Source: a virus
Strand: one strand, 5' to 3'
DNA length: 64,000 nucleotides
IMG/VR virus record: IMGVR_UViG_3300045886_000052
Coordinates: 4,080-68,079 of that record
Position numbers and translations under genes: made by a program. Numbering within the stretch: the stretch's first letter is position 1; each line of letters starts with the position of its first letter. Below are positions 45,326 through 55,318 of this stretch, piece after piece. The notes below the pieces were generated by a model. The model worked only from the letters and a program-made list of their open reading frames with translations, had not been told where the DNA came from and did not search any database.

Positions 45326-45881
45326 GTTGCTGAAGCTCGTTCCCGACTCGGTTGTAATGGAGACTCACGGCGGAACCGGTAAACTGTGGCAAGCTTGTTA
45401 TTCGCACATCGAGCGCGGGGTAGTATTTGAGAAAGACCCGGATAGAGCGGCGCTGCTGGCCAAGCAAAGGCGCACTTGGTCGGTTTATGAGGGTGAATGC
45501 GTTGCGGCAATATCCGCCGGTTTCGGCGCGCATTTACCGGTAAACTTTTTTGATATTGATCCCTACGGCAGCGCATGGCCGATCGTGGACGCCGTCCTGG
45601 GCCGCGCAAAAGCCGAGTCGGTCGGACTGGCGGTCAACGACGGGCTTCGCCAGAAGATTCAATTAACCGGCGGCTGGGACGTTGAATGTTTGGAAAATGC
45701 CGTTCGTAAATACGGCAATCGGCTCTTTGATATTTATCTGGACGTATGCCGGGAAATGATGGAAGAAAAAGCGGCCCGGGTTGGCTATGCCCTGAGCCGC
45801 TTTTGGGGAAATTATGCTGGCCACAATGGCGTAATGACGCACTACGCGGCGGTGCTGAAGCGCACCGGCGCGAGCAGCTGA
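45276..45881 (+). CDS. SAM-dependent methyltransferase-like protein
   Basis: METHGGTG, VFEKD, FDIDPYG. Confidence 0.6.
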   Translation: MQKDNSTFLSKKKLRHELLKLVPDSVVMETHGGTGKLWQACYSHIERGVVFEKDPDRAALLAKQRRTWSVYEGECVAAISAGFGAHLPVNFFDIDPYGSAWPIVDAVLGRAKAESVGLAVNDGLRQKIQLTGGWDVECLENAVRKYGNRLFDIYLDVCREMMEEKAARVGYALSRFWGNYAGHNGVMTHYAAVLKRTGASS

Positions 45882-46603
45882 CCCGGCATCTGCATGTATT
45901 TCATTTGTCGCCCGTCTTCTTCGATCACGTAGGGGCGCATTTCCGTACGATGCGCGGCGTCCTGTTTGAAAAAGAATGCGACTCGATGGGTTTTGCACTG
46001 GTCGCGAATGTCGCGCGCCCACTCCTGACGCATCGGACGGTAGCCGGAACCGCTTTCGCCGCCAACGATGATCCAGTGGAGGCGGTCGAGCCACGGACTG
46101 AGATCGAGCGGACCGAGCAGAGGCTCAGCGCTGACGAAGCGGATGCGGGCCGGTACGGTGACGAGATCGTCAAGCCGCGATGTCCAGCGTTGATTCTCGA
46201 CACTGACGCCCTGCCATATGTTCGGTGTCCATTCGAGCAGCGGCGCCAGTTTTCGCAATCGCTCGCTCCGCTTGGTCAGCACCTGGAATTGATGACCGAG
46301 TCCGCGTGCGTGAGATTCGTTCATCACGTCGAAGACCCGCTTGATATTATCGAGCGGTACTTCCTCGAAATAGAGGTCGGACATTGAGTTGACGAAGATC
46401 AATTTCGGCTCTTTGAGCTTGAGCGGTTCGCTGAGCTTGTGCCAGCGATAGGTGAGGTCGAAGCCGCTCGGGAACGCTTTCGTTCCGCGCTTGTTCTCGC
46501 TGAGGGTTTTAGCGTAACAGTGGGCGCAGCCGGGCGAGACTTCCCTGCACCCGCTCCAGACGTTCCATGTGAGGTCTGTCCAACTGATAATTGTTTCGTT
46601 CAT
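45842..46603 (-). CDS. DUF5131 (phage Gp37/Gp68) family protein
   Basis: ISWTD.TWN..SGC.EVSPGCAHCYA, FVNSMSDL, LTKR, SAEPLLG, GGESG, FFFKQ. Confidence 0.92.
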   Translation of the reverse strand: MNETIISWTDLTWNVWSGCREVSPGCAHCYAKTLSENKRGTKAFPSGFDLTYRWHKLSEPLKLKEPKLIFVNSMSDLYFEEVPLDNIKRVFDVMNESHARGLGHQFQVLTKRSERLRKLAPLLEWTPNIWQGVSVENQRWTSRLDDLVTVPARIRFVSAEPLLGPLDLSPWLDRLHWIIVGGESGSGYRPMRQEWARDIRDQCKTHRVAFFFKQDAAHRTEMRPYVIEEDGRQMKYMQMPGQLLAPVRFSTAA

Positions 46604-46616
46604 AGGTTCTCCTTGC

Positions 46617-46985
46617 TTAAATCGCCCAGCCGTTGCAGCGGACGACCGTGTAGCGCTGGCCTGAGCGATCAGATTCGATACTACGTTGGATGCGGGCGGC
46701 GATGGGGGCCGAAGCCCCCTGCCGCATTGATTGAGTCATAATGTTTACCTGCGCGGCGGCTGCCAGGTGGTAACATGCCTGACCGTTATGCCCTGCAGGA
46801 CACGTGCACGCGCCGAATTTCCGGCCGTCCGCGTCCACGGCGAACACGACCGTGTAGGTCGTCCCGGCGTGACGAGCGGACTCGACGGCGAAGCGGCGCT
46901 CGCCCATGAATTTAACGTGCGGGCGAAGTTGACGCGCTCGGTCAATTGCCCTCATCATGCTTTTGTTGCGCTCTAATTTGATCAT
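46617..46985 (-). CDS. SWIM zinc-finger protein, paralogue of 10456-10818
   Basis: CTCPAG...CYH; GGAGG RBS. Confidence 0.8.
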   Translation of the reverse strand: MIKLERNKSMMRAIDRARQLRPHVKFMGERRFAVESARHAGTTYTVVFAVDADGRKFGACTCPAGHNGQACYHLAAAAQVNIMTQSMRQGASAPIAARIQRSIESDRSGQRYTVVRCNGWAI

Positions 46986-47128
46986 TTGAAACCTCCGTTT
47001 GTTCGTTAAAGTCAACATCATCAATAACTTACAGGCGGATAGTATCACGGGTCAGGTTGGGGCGCAACAAAAAAACGCTATAACATCAATAAAATCAACA
47101 ACTTGTAAGTATTGCGAGCAGGTGGGTT

Positions 47129-47653
47129 GTGGAAGATAGTTCGGCGCAAACTGCAAAAAAGACGCCTAAAAAACGCAGATCAGGTGTGCAGCTCGACACA
47201 ACCTGGCATGCGCGCTTCCTGCAACTCTTCGCTCGGTCGCTAAACGTTCAATTGTCGTGTCGAGGCGCCGGTGTTGGTCGGGATGTCGCGTATATCCACC
47301 GCAAGCGATTTCCTGAGTTCGCAGCGGCATGGGAAGAGGCGCGCAAAGCCGCGGTGGAAAACCTCGAAGCTGAAGCATTTGCCCGCGCGAAAAGACAGTC
47401 GGACGTGCTCTTGATCTTTCTGCTCAAATCGCATGCGCCGGAGCGTTACCGAGAAATGAAAAGTGAGGGCGCGATCACGATGGCAACGTTGATGCGGATA
47501 GTCGAGCAAATGGGGGCCGACTTAGTTGGCGCGCTAAATGAGCAAGGGTTTTCTACAAGTCAATCTGACGAACTCCTCCGGGCAGTTGAAACCCGTTGGC
47601 GATTCATCCGGGTGGATGCCCCCGGGCGAGCAGGCGATTCAAGGGATTCGTAG
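47129..47653 (+). CDS. Terminase small subunit
   Basis: FAAAWEEA...LEAEAFARA...SDVLLIFLLK..PERYR. Confidence 0.8.
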   Translation: MEDSSAQTAKKTPKKRRSGVQLDTTWHARFLQLFARSLNVQLSCRGAGVGRDVAYIHRKRFPEFAAAWEEARKAAVENLEAEAFARAKRQSDVLLIFLLKSHAPERYREMKSEGAITMATLMRIVEQMGADLVGALNEQGFSTSQSDELLRAVETRWRFIRVDAPGRAGDSRDS

Positions 47654-49079
47654 AGCGGAGCACCAGCAGGTCGTTGCCGTCCCTGTTTGGCAACCCCAGC
47701 TCGGCCCGCAATCCGACGCCTACAACAGCCCCGCTGACATCATCGGCTACGGCGGGGCGGCAGGCGGAGGGAAGAGTTTTCTAGGGCTCGGCTTCGCCAC
47801 AACAAAGCACCGCCGATCGATCATCTTCCGCCGCGTGTTTCCGTCGGTCCGCGGACTGATCGAAGACTCCCGTCAGATCCTCACTCGGCCAAGCGACCGC
47901 TACAACGACACCCTCCATATCTGGCGCACGGCGGACGGCCGCATGGTCGAGTTCGGCGCTGCCCAGTACGAGACCGACCGCAAGAAGCACATGGGCCAGG
48001 CGAGAGATCTGTTCGTCTTCGACGAGGCGACAGAGTTTTCCGAATCCATCGTGCGGTTCCTGATCGGATGGAACCGCACAACCGTCCCCGACCAAAAATG
48101 CCGCGTGCTGCTCACCTTCAACCCGCCGATGGACGACGCCGGCGATTGGGTTACGCGATTCTTCGCGCCGTGGCTCGACAAGCAGCATCACAACCCGGCG
48201 CAAGATGGCGAACTGCGCTGGTTTGCGATGGTGGACGGCGAGGAGAAGGAGGTTGCGCCGGAGCCATTCGAGCATAACGGCGAAACGATTCAGCCCAAAA
48301 GCCGCACGTTCTATCACGCATCTCTGCGCGACAATCCTATCCTCGCACAAACCGGCTACGGCGCCACGATTGATGCAATGCCGGAGCCGTTGCGCTCTCT
48401 TCTTCGTGGAAACTTTGACGCTGCGCGCGTCCTCGATCCGTGGCAGGTAATACCCGGCGATTGGGTGAGATTGGCGCAAAAACGATGGCGGGAACGCGGA
48501 CGACCGGACGTGTTATGTTCGTGTCTTGGCGTTGACGTGGCGCGCGGCGGCATCGCAAAGACCGTGCTGGCCAAACGCTATGCCAATTGGGTGGCGCCGC
48601 TGAAGAAGTATCCAGGCAAAGCGACGCCGAATGGCCCCTCCGTCGCCGCGCTCGTTCAAGCCGAGATCGAAGGCGAGGAGATCGTCCAGATTGACGCGAT
48701 CGGTGTGGGAACCTCGCCTTATGACATCCTCCGCGAGAACGGCGTCAACGTTAAACCAGTTATCTCCAGTGAGGGATCGAAGCAGACTGATCGCACGAAG
48801 AAACTCAAATTCCGCAATCTCCGGGCTGAAATGTGGTGGAAGTTCAGGGAAGCGCTCGACCCTGCTAACGGTGATGATCTTATGTTGCCTGACGATCCCG
48901 AGTTATTAGCCGACCTCTGCGCGCCGAAATGGAAACTCTCGACGGCGGGAATATTGATTGAGTCGAAGGATGAAATTGTCGAGCGGATCGGACGCTCGCC
49001 CGACTGTGGGGACGCGGTCGTTATGGCATGTTGGATCGATCGGCGCGGCGAGTTCGAGCAATGGGACTATTTTCGCTAA
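47616..49079 (+). CDS. Terminase large subunit (start uncertain)
   Basis: YGGAAGGGKS, FDEATEF, TFNP, GVDVARGG, SPDCGDA. Confidence 0.92.
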   Translation: MPPGEQAIQGIRRAEHQQVVAVPVWQPQLGPQSDAYNSPADIIGYGGAAGGGKSFLGLGFATTKHRRSIIFRRVFPSVRGLIEDSRQILTRPSDRYNDTLHIWRTADGRMVEFGAAQYETDRKKHMGQARDLFVFDEATEFSESIVRFLIGWNRTTVPDQKCRVLLTFNPPMDDAGDWVTRFFAPWLDKQHHNPAQDGELRWFAMVDGEEKEVAPEPFEHNGETIQPKSRTFYHASLRDNPILAQTGYGATIDAMPEPLRSLLRGNFDAARVLDPWQVIPGDWVRLAQKRWRERGRPDVLCSCLGVDVARGGIAKTVLAKRYANWVAPLKKYPGKATPNGPSVAALVQAEIEGEEIVQIDAIGVGTSPYDILRENGVNVKPVISSEGSKQTDRTKKLKFRNLRAEMWWKFREALDPANGDDLMLPDDPELLADLCAPKWKLSTAGILIESKDEIVERIGRSPDCGDAVVMACWIDRRGEFEQWDYFR

Positions 49080-49181
49080 AAAGACTTGTAATAATTGCGC
49101 ATTATCTTTTAGACTGAAACTTCGATCCGAAAATCTCCGCGCGCCGCCGAGCGCCAAGCGGGACAGAGCCTCTTTATTACG

Positions 49182-49224
49182 GGCCAAGCACCTGGAAAAC
49201 AGGTGTCTTGGCCCTTTTCGTTTT
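49182..49224 (+). terminator. Terminator/attenuator-like hairpin immediately before the portal ATG
   Basis: GGGCCAAGCACCTG-GAAAA-CAGGTGTCTTGGCCC-TTTTCGTTTT. Confidence 0.5.
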
Positions 49225-50679
49225 ATGGCCGACGAGTTGAAAAACAAGCCGAATTATTGCTGCGCGGCCTATGGCAGAATGGCGCCGGATTGGCAAATTG
49301 TCAGGGACGTAGTCGCCGGCACGCGCAATCTGCGTGAAAAGGGGCCGATCTACCTACCGACTGAGCCCGCCGAGAAGACCGATCACTACGAATACCGCCG
49401 GACGCGCGCAATTCTATTCAACGCGACCGACCTGACGCTAAACGGCATGGTGGGGATGGTTTTCAGGAACGATCCGAAGCTCCTGGAAAACGTGCCGGAA
49501 GTAATACGCGGCAGGGAGGCGGCGGAAGGGCAATCGGCCGTCGAAGGTCATTGGAACAATATAGACAACGTCGGCACGCCCGGCGCGGTTTTCGCCAAAG
49601 AACTGTTCGCCGATGCGATGCGCGACGGACACGCCGCGATTCTCGTCGACATGCCGCCGAAGCTCCAGGAAGGCGCTACCCGTGCGGATGAATTAAACGC
49701 CGGGCGCCGTCCCTACTGGATAAGCTATTCCGCCGATCAGATTATCAATTGGCGCGTGAAGGTTGTGAGTGGGCAGACCATGCTCGACCTGGTTGTTTTC
49801 AAGGAATGCACGCAGGAGCCTGACGGGGAATATGGCGAGAAGATGGTCGTTCGCTATCGCGTGCTGAGGCCCGGCAGTTGGGCGCTGTACCGCGAGTCGG
49901 ACGATCAGAGCAAGGAGATCGTGTTCGAGAGCGGCGGCCCCATGTCTCTTGCCGAGATCCCGGTCGCCGTCGCATATAGCCGCAAGCGCGGCATTCTGAC
50001 GAGCTGCCCGCCTCTACTTGATCTGGCGATGACCAATGTTGCGCATTACCAGAAATACAACGACTTTTCGATTTATCTTCACGTCGCCAGCCGCCCGATC
50101 CTGTGGTTTCGCAACCGTGACGCCAGCAAGAAAATCGAGGCGATCAGCGCTTATACGGCAATCGACGTCGGCGCTGACGGCCACGTCGACTTCGCCGAGA
50201 CGACCGGCGCGGCGCTCGGGGCCGCAAGCCAGGACATCAAAGACCTCGAAGAGCGAATGAGCGTCATGGGTCTCTCGTTGCTCGTCAAGCGCACGGGCGG
50301 GCCGATCACTGCGACCGAAGAGAAAAACGACCAGCTTGAAGAATCGTCCGATCTCGCGACCGCGGCCCGCAGCCTGCAGGGCGCGCTCGAGCTCGCGCTC
50401 AAATTCCACGCTCAATATCTCGATAAAAACGCGACGACGGGCGGCGATGTCGAACTCGGCGCGGCGCTCGACGAATTGACGATGACGCCGCAGGAAATGA
50501 CCGCGTGGTCGAACGCCGTCGCCGCGAATCAGTACTCGGTCGAAACGATGTGGGACGTGTTCGGCGCGGCCGGATTGAATCCGCCGGATTTCGACAAGGA
50601 TCGCGAGAAAGAGCGTATCGCGAAAGAACAGCAGGCCAGACGCAAATTCGAGAGTGTGCGGGATGACGACATTGCGTAG
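49225..50679 (+). CDS. Portal protein (DUF4055-like)
   Basis: Y..RRTRA..FN, ILVDMP, RPYW, IINWR, PPLLDLA..N.AHYQ, TATE. Confidence 0.88.
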   Translation: MADELKNKPNYCCAAYGRMAPDWQIVRDVVAGTRNLREKGPIYLPTEPAEKTDHYEYRRTRAILFNATDLTLNGMVGMVFRNDPKLLENVPEVIRGREAAEGQSAVEGHWNNIDNVGTPGAVFAKELFADAMRDGHAAILVDMPPKLQEGATRADELNAGRRPYWISYSADQIINWRVKVVSGQTMLDLVVFKECTQEPDGEYGEKMVVRYRVLRPGSWALYRESDDQSKEIVFESGGPMSLAEIPVAVAYSRKRGILTSCPPLLDLAMTNVAHYQKYNDFSIYLHVASRPILWFRNRDASKKIEAISAYTAIDVGADGHVDFAETTGAALGAASQDIKDLEERMSVMGLSLLVKRTGGPITATEEKNDQLEESSDLATAARSLQGALELALKFHAQYLDKNATTGGDVELGAALDELTMTPQEMTAWSNAVAANQYSVETMWDVFGAAGLNPPDFDKDREKERIAKEQQARRKFESVRDDDIA

Positions 50680-50761
50680 CGTCGAAAAATGAATATTCGG
50701 CGCGTAGCGCCAATAACCATGGCGGGCAGGACGCCCGCCATAGCCAACCGGGAGGGTTGCA

Positions 50762-51529
50762 ATGCCAGTTAAACAGGTTTTTGACAAGAAAGAAGACGCG
50801 CCGGAGTGGTTGCGCGGCTCGCTGCTCGAACAGGATGGGAAATTCGTGTTTGAGGCCGAGTTGCCGACCGAGACGGCGGGATTGAAGAGCGCGCTGCAGA
50901 AAGAGCGCGAGGCCAAGGCTGCATTCGAGAAGTCTTTGAAGGCGTTCGAGGGAGTCGATCCCGAAGAGGCGAAGCGATTGAAGGCTGAAGCCGAACAGGT
51001 CGCGGCCGATAAGCTGAAAAACAAAGGCGATTGGGATACGCGCGAGAAGCAACTGAAAGAGCAGTTAGCCTCCGACTTGCAGAAGCGGGAAACGCATTTT
51101 CAGACCGAATTGAAAACGCGCGACGACCGGATCGCAAAGCTACAAAGCTCGCTCGAAAAGAGCCTGATCGAAGCGGAGGCGACGACGGCAATCGCGGCCG
51201 CAAAGGGAGCGCCGGAACTGCTGCTTCCCCATGTGCGACAGCACGTCAAAATCGTCGAGAACAACGGTGAATTCGTCGCTCGCGTGCTGGACGCGCAAGG
51301 GCAACCGAGAATCGCCAACGTGAAAGGCGATCCGTTTACGATTGCGAATTTGATTGAGGAGATGAAAGGCAACGCCGTTTTTGGCCGCGCTTTTGACGCA
51401 TCCGACGCGGGAGGCAGCGGGGCGCATAAACAAACATACCCAAGCGGTGGGATGGGCACTTCGGAATTCTTGAAGCTCTCGCCGACCGAACAACTGAAAC
51501 ACGCCCGCCAAAGCGGGGCGAAGCAATAA
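50762..51529 (+). CDS. Head scaffolding protein
   Basis: GLKSALQKER coiled coil; GGSGA C-terminal motif; precedes the capsid gene. Confidence 0.8.
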   Translation: MPVKQVFDKKEDAPEWLRGSLLEQDGKFVFEAELPTETAGLKSALQKEREAKAAFEKSLKAFEGVDPEEAKRLKAEAEQVAADKLKNKGDWDTREKQLKEQLASDLQKRETHFQTELKTRDDRIAKLQSSLEKSLIEAEATTAIAAAKGAPELLLPHVRQHVKIVENNGEFVARVLDAQGQPRIANVKGDPFTIANLIEEMKGNAVFGRAFDASDAGGSGAHKQTYPSGGMGTSEFLKLSPTEQLKHARQSGAKQ

Positions 51530-51568
51530 CGGCCTTGTCGCTGGTGGGCAGGGCGAGGAGATTTAGCG

Positions 51569-52501
51569 ATGGCAATGACATTGATTGAGGCTGCAAAACA
51601 GGCCGCGAACGGCGGCGCGCAGTTGCGGGCCTCGATAATCAACCTCTACGCGCAGAATTCCGACATTCTGCGAACCCTGCCTTTCGACGACATTCAGGGG
51701 AACGCGCTGCAGTACAACCGCGAGGAAGCGCTGCCCGGCGTTGGTTTCCGCGGCGTCAACGAGGCGTATTCCGAAGATGTCGGCGTGATCAATCCGTTGG
51801 TCGAGCCGCTCGTGATCGCGGGCGGCGACCTGGACGTCGATACGTTCATTCTGCAAACGATGGGCGACGGACAGCGCGCCACGCGGGAAAACATGAAAGT
51901 CAAGGCCCTCGCCCACCGCTGGACGAAGGCTTTTATCAAGGGCGATCAGACCTCTGACCCGCGCGAGTTCGACGGACTGCAGGTCCGCCTTACCGGGACT
52001 CAGAAGATCCAGGCGGGCGCGACCGCGAACGGAACGGCGCTGAGCCTGGCCAAGTTGGATGAACTGATCGACTCCGTCGACAACCCGACCAACCTGGTCA
52101 TGAACCGCACGATGCGTCGGCGTTTGTCAGCCGCCGCGCGTCTTACCACCGTGGGCGGCTTCGTGCAGTACACGTTGGATGAGTTCGGGCGTCAGGTCAC
52201 GGTCTATAACGGACTCCCAATTCTTCTCGTAGATCAGGACAACACCGGAACCGAAATTCTGCAATTCAACGAAGCGGCGACATCGGGAACCGCGACCGCG
52301 ACCTCAATCTACTGCGTCAGTTTTGGCGAGGGAATGCTGCAGGGCATCCAGAATGGCGGGATCATGGTGCGAGACCTCGGCGAATTGCAGGCGAAGCCCG
52401 TCAAGCGCACTCGCGTCGAATGGTATCCGGGCGTCGCGCTCTTCCATCCGCGCGCCGCATCGCGCCTCTGGTCAATCGCCGACGCCGCCGTTACAGCCTA
52501 A
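51569..52501 (+). CDS. Major capsid protein
   Basis: MTLIEAAK, LPF, FRGVNE, GGDLDVD, FDGL, LDELID. Confidence 0.88.
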   Translation: MAMTLIEAAKQAANGGAQLRASIINLYAQNSDILRTLPFDDIQGNALQYNREEALPGVGFRGVNEAYSEDVGVINPLVEPLVIAGGDLDVDTFILQTMGDGQRATRENMKVKALAHRWTKAFIKGDQTSDPREFDGLQVRLTGTQKIQAGATANGTALSLAKLDELIDSVDNPTNLVMNRTMRRRLSAAARLTTVGGFVQYTLDEFGRQVTVYNGLPILLVDQDNTGTEILQFNEAATSGTATATSIYCVSFGEGMLQGIQNGGIMVRDLGELQAKPVKRTRVEWYPGVALFHPRAASRLWSIADAAVTA

Positions 52502-52552
52502 GAGTGAATAACCCGCGCGGGTTATCGCTCGCGCTTTCGTGAGGATAGAAAA

Positions 52553-53029
52553 ATGCGTTACACAAGTGCAAAACACAGACCTGCCTACACCTTCGATATC
52601 AATCTTCAACTGAAAGACGCCGGATTGATCGCAGCCGATGCCGCCGCTCTGGTCGGCGGCGCCGCGAAGGTGCTCGACCTGGGTGTCGGATTGGTCGAGG
52701 GCGACGTTGTCATCGACGTAAGCGCGGTCGAGATCGCATCGGGCGACGAGCGCTACACGATCATCGCGCAGTTCAGCAGCAGCGCTACGTTCGCTTCAGA
52801 CATCGTGATCGGCTCGTGTATTCCGATTGGCGACGGCTCGACCATCGGCACCGCGTTCGGTGGATCGGGCGTGGACGTCGACGATACGGCTGGGCGCTTC
52901 ATCCTGCCGTTCCGCAATGAGCGCAACGGCGTGTGGTATCGCTATATGCGGCTCTGGACTGACGTGACCGGGACGATCGCGACCGGCATCAACTACACGG
53001 CCTTTGCGGCTATCCAAAAAGGCAGCTAA
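52553..53029 (+). CDS. Capsid cement/decoration-like protein
   Basis: Directly after the capsid gene; C-terminal RYMRL beta pattern. Confidence 0.6.
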   Translation: MRYTSAKHRPAYTFDINLQLKDAGLIAADAAALVGGAAKVLDLGVGLVEGDVVIDVSAVEIASGDERYTIIAQFSSSATFASDIVIGSCIPIGDGSTIGTAFGGSGVDVDDTAGRFILPFRNERNGVWYRYMRLWTDVTGTIATGINYTAFAAIQKGS

Positions 53030-53041
53030 CCGGAGGGGTAA

Positions 53042-53665
53042 ATGCCTGATCCTGGAATTTATAAGCCGCCGACCGAGTTCGAGATCGCCCAGGCCGTCGC
53101 GATGATTTCGCCCACGGCCGGGGGCGAGATCGGGCTTGTCACTCAACCGGCTTCGGGCAGCATTACGCACACCGTGCGTCGCTTCGGCCCGTTCGTCGTT
53201 ATTGATTTCGCGCTGAGCGCCGCCCGCCTTTCCGTGACCGATGCGGGCGCGCCGGGTTCGTTCGGAACCCACGTCCTGTTCACCTTCGCGCAGGCGGCTA
53301 TTTCGTTTCTCGGCGCTCGCCAGAATTACACGGCCTTCGCCGAGGGCGCGGCGCTTACCACTGGCGCGGGCGACGCGGTGTTCGAGATCGGAGTCGGAAC
53401 GACCGCCATTTCGGCGGCGGCTGACGGCACGCTCGGCAACGGAGTCAATGAAAACGTTGGGCAAGCGGTTGCGGTGACGGACTCGGGCGGCACGGGCGCG
53501 GGCACTGCGGTTGACGGGACGAAGGCGACAGCGCTCGACGGCACGGCGACCGCGCTCAAGCTTAACCTGAACTGGTCGGGATCGGCCGCGACGATTGACG
53601 CGAACAGCACAATCGACGTGACCGGCACGATCACTGTCGTCTGCGCGCTTTTGGGAGACGACTAA
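53042..53665 (+). CDS. Virion structural protein
   Basis: Ala/Thr/Gly-rich beta protein in the head module. Confidence 0.6.
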   Translation: MPDPGIYKPPTEFEIAQAVAMISPTAGGEIGLVTQPASGSITHTVRRFGPFVVIDFALSAARLSVTDAGAPGSFGTHVLFTFAQAAISFLGARQNYTAFAEGAALTTGAGDAVFEIGVGTTAISAAADGTLGNGVNENVGQAVAVTDSGGTGAGTAVDGTKATALDGTATALKLNLNWSGSAATIDANSTIDVTGTITVVCALLGDD

Positions 53666-53765
53666 AAATATGGGCGCGGCAGTGGGTGGAGCCACTAGCG
53701 AGAGTGTTCGAGCGGAGCCCGTTCGATTCGGGAGCGCGCCCGTAATCAATTTCGATTTTCGATTT

Positions 53766-54140
53766 ATGGCGGAAATAAAAGCTCAAACCACGCGCGGGAA
53801 AATGCTTGGCGAGAAACCGCCGGAAGTCTGGACGGTTTACGCGCCGGATGGGACGCCGCACAAGTGCGCGCCCTGCGACGCCCGCGAAATCCTGGCGGCG
53901 GGGCTCGGATATACGTCCGAGCCTTCCGCCGCCGCGCCTCTCACCGGAGAGACGATTATTGATGCAGCCTACGCCGAGGTGTCGAAACATGAACAACAAT
54001 CAGAACAACAATCAAAGCTTGGTGACAGTGTTACCGGCGCCGAGGCCGCCGGCGCGGCAGGCGCCAAACCCGACGATTCAGGTAGCGCGAACGCCGCAGG
54101 CCAAACCGGCCCCGGCGCGCGTAATAAGGCCCGGAAGTAG
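53766..54140 (+). CDS. Hypothetical protein
   Basis: In operon; low-complexity C-terminus. Confidence 0.5.
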   Translation: MAEIKAQTTRGKMLGEKPPEVWTVYAPDGTPHKCAPCDAREILAAGLGYTSEPSAAAPLTGETIIDAAYAEVSKHEQQSEQQSKLGDSVTGAEAAGAAGAKPDDSGSANAAGQTGPGARNKARK

Positions 54141-54144
54141 ATAG

Positions 54145-54408
54145 ATGGCAAGACATCAACGGCCGCAAATAAATGACGATGGATGGACGGATTGGATTTA
54201 TCCGCATATGGACGACTACAAGCTCGCTTGCTGCGATTGCGGCCTGGTTCACGATATGCAGCTCAAGGTTGTTCGCGTCAAGCATCTGTCGAATAAAACC
54301 ATGCTCGTTAAAGAATCGCGTTCATCCGTTTTGGCCGTGTCGTTCCGAGCGCGGCGAAATGTGCGGGCGACGGCCCAAACTCGAAGATGGCAGAAGAAGA
54401 TCGGGTAA
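54145..54408 (+). CDS. Hypothetical protein
   Basis: YKLACCDCGLVH motif. Confidence 0.65.
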   Translation: MARHQRPQINDDGWTDWIYPHMDDYKLACCDCGLVHDMQLKVVRVKHLSNKTMLVKESRSSVLAVSFRARRNVRATAQTRRWQKKIG

Positions 54409-54430
54409 CAAACACGGGGTCAGTAGATAA

Positions 54431-54991
54431 ATGCCAAGCGCGATCATTACGACAATCGGCGCTGCGGACGCGAATAGTTATCTCGATATCGAGCAGGCCG
54501 ACGTTTATTTTGACGACCGGCTCAGCCCCGCCGGATGGACGAGCGCCAATGCGGACGACCGAACGCGGGCGCTGTTGCAGGCGGCGAGGCGGCTGAACAG
54601 CGAAAACTGGCTGGGCGACCGGGCAATGCAGGATCAGGCGCTTGCCTGGCCGCGCGCGGGCGTGATCAAGCCTGACGGTCTCGGCGCCGGATCGGCAGAC
54701 TTCATTCCAGGCGCGGGCGCATTGCTTTATCCGCGCACCGGCTACGGCATCTATTCGGGCGGCTATGGCGAACAGTATGCTTCGACTGAAATCCCGCAGG
54801 TCGTCAAAGACGCGCAGTGTGAACTTGCGTTGGCCTACCTGGAAGGCTTCCCCGGGTCGGTAGTCAAGGGGCTTGTCTCCGGCGGCGTCACCGTCGAAGT
54901 CGAGCATTCGGCTGTAATGGGGGGCTTGCCTCCGGCCGTGACGCGATTGATAGCCGGATTGATCGGGGGAAATAGGTTGATACGAGGTTGA
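54431..54991 (+). CDS. Head-tail adaptor (DnaT-like phage family)
   Basis: ANSY...AD.YF...QALAWPR...IPQVVKDAQCELAL. Confidence 0.8.
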   Translation: MPSAIITTIGAADANSYLDIEQADVYFDDRLSPAGWTSANADDRTRALLQAARRLNSENWLGDRAMQDQALAWPRAGVIKPDGLGAGSADFIPGAGALLYPRTGYGIYSGGYGEQYASTEIPQVVKDAQCELALAYLEGFPGSVVKGLVSGGVTVEVEHSAVMGGLPPAVTRLIAGLIGGNRLIRG

Positions 54992-55045
54992 ATCGCGCTC
55001 CGCGCTGGAGGAAATGCGCGCGATGGTCGCGAGGCTTGTTTAATT

Positions 55046-55315
55046 ATGGCGGTACTGACAGATACAGACTATGGCGAAATCCGGCGGTCGGTCTACACGG
55101 CCGGGCAGGGCAAGGAAGAGCTGAAGGCGCTGGCCAGCGTGCCCAACCAAATGCTACTTAAGGCCGCATTCCAAGTGCTCGAAGATTTCTGGAGCAACAA
55201 CGCCGCGACGGTGAAGGCTGACATGGAAACCGCGCTCGGCTTCTCGATCTCAGGCGCGCTCGCCAAAAAGATCGGCCTCGCCTGGTTGATCTGGAAAGTC
55301 AGTAAGGGGGGCTAA
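55046..55315 (+). CDS. Hypothetical virion-associated protein
   Basis: In operon. Confidence 0.55.
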   Translation: MAVLTDTDYGEIRRSVYTAGQGKEELKALASVPNQMLLKAAFQVLEDFWSNNAATVKADMETALGFSISGALAKKIGLAWLIWKVSKGG

Positions 55316-55318
55316 TAG

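Noticed and set aside
47538-47653. Programmed frameshift fusing terS and terL
   Set aside because: The overlap is explained by the ATG at 47616, and no convincing slippery site was found.
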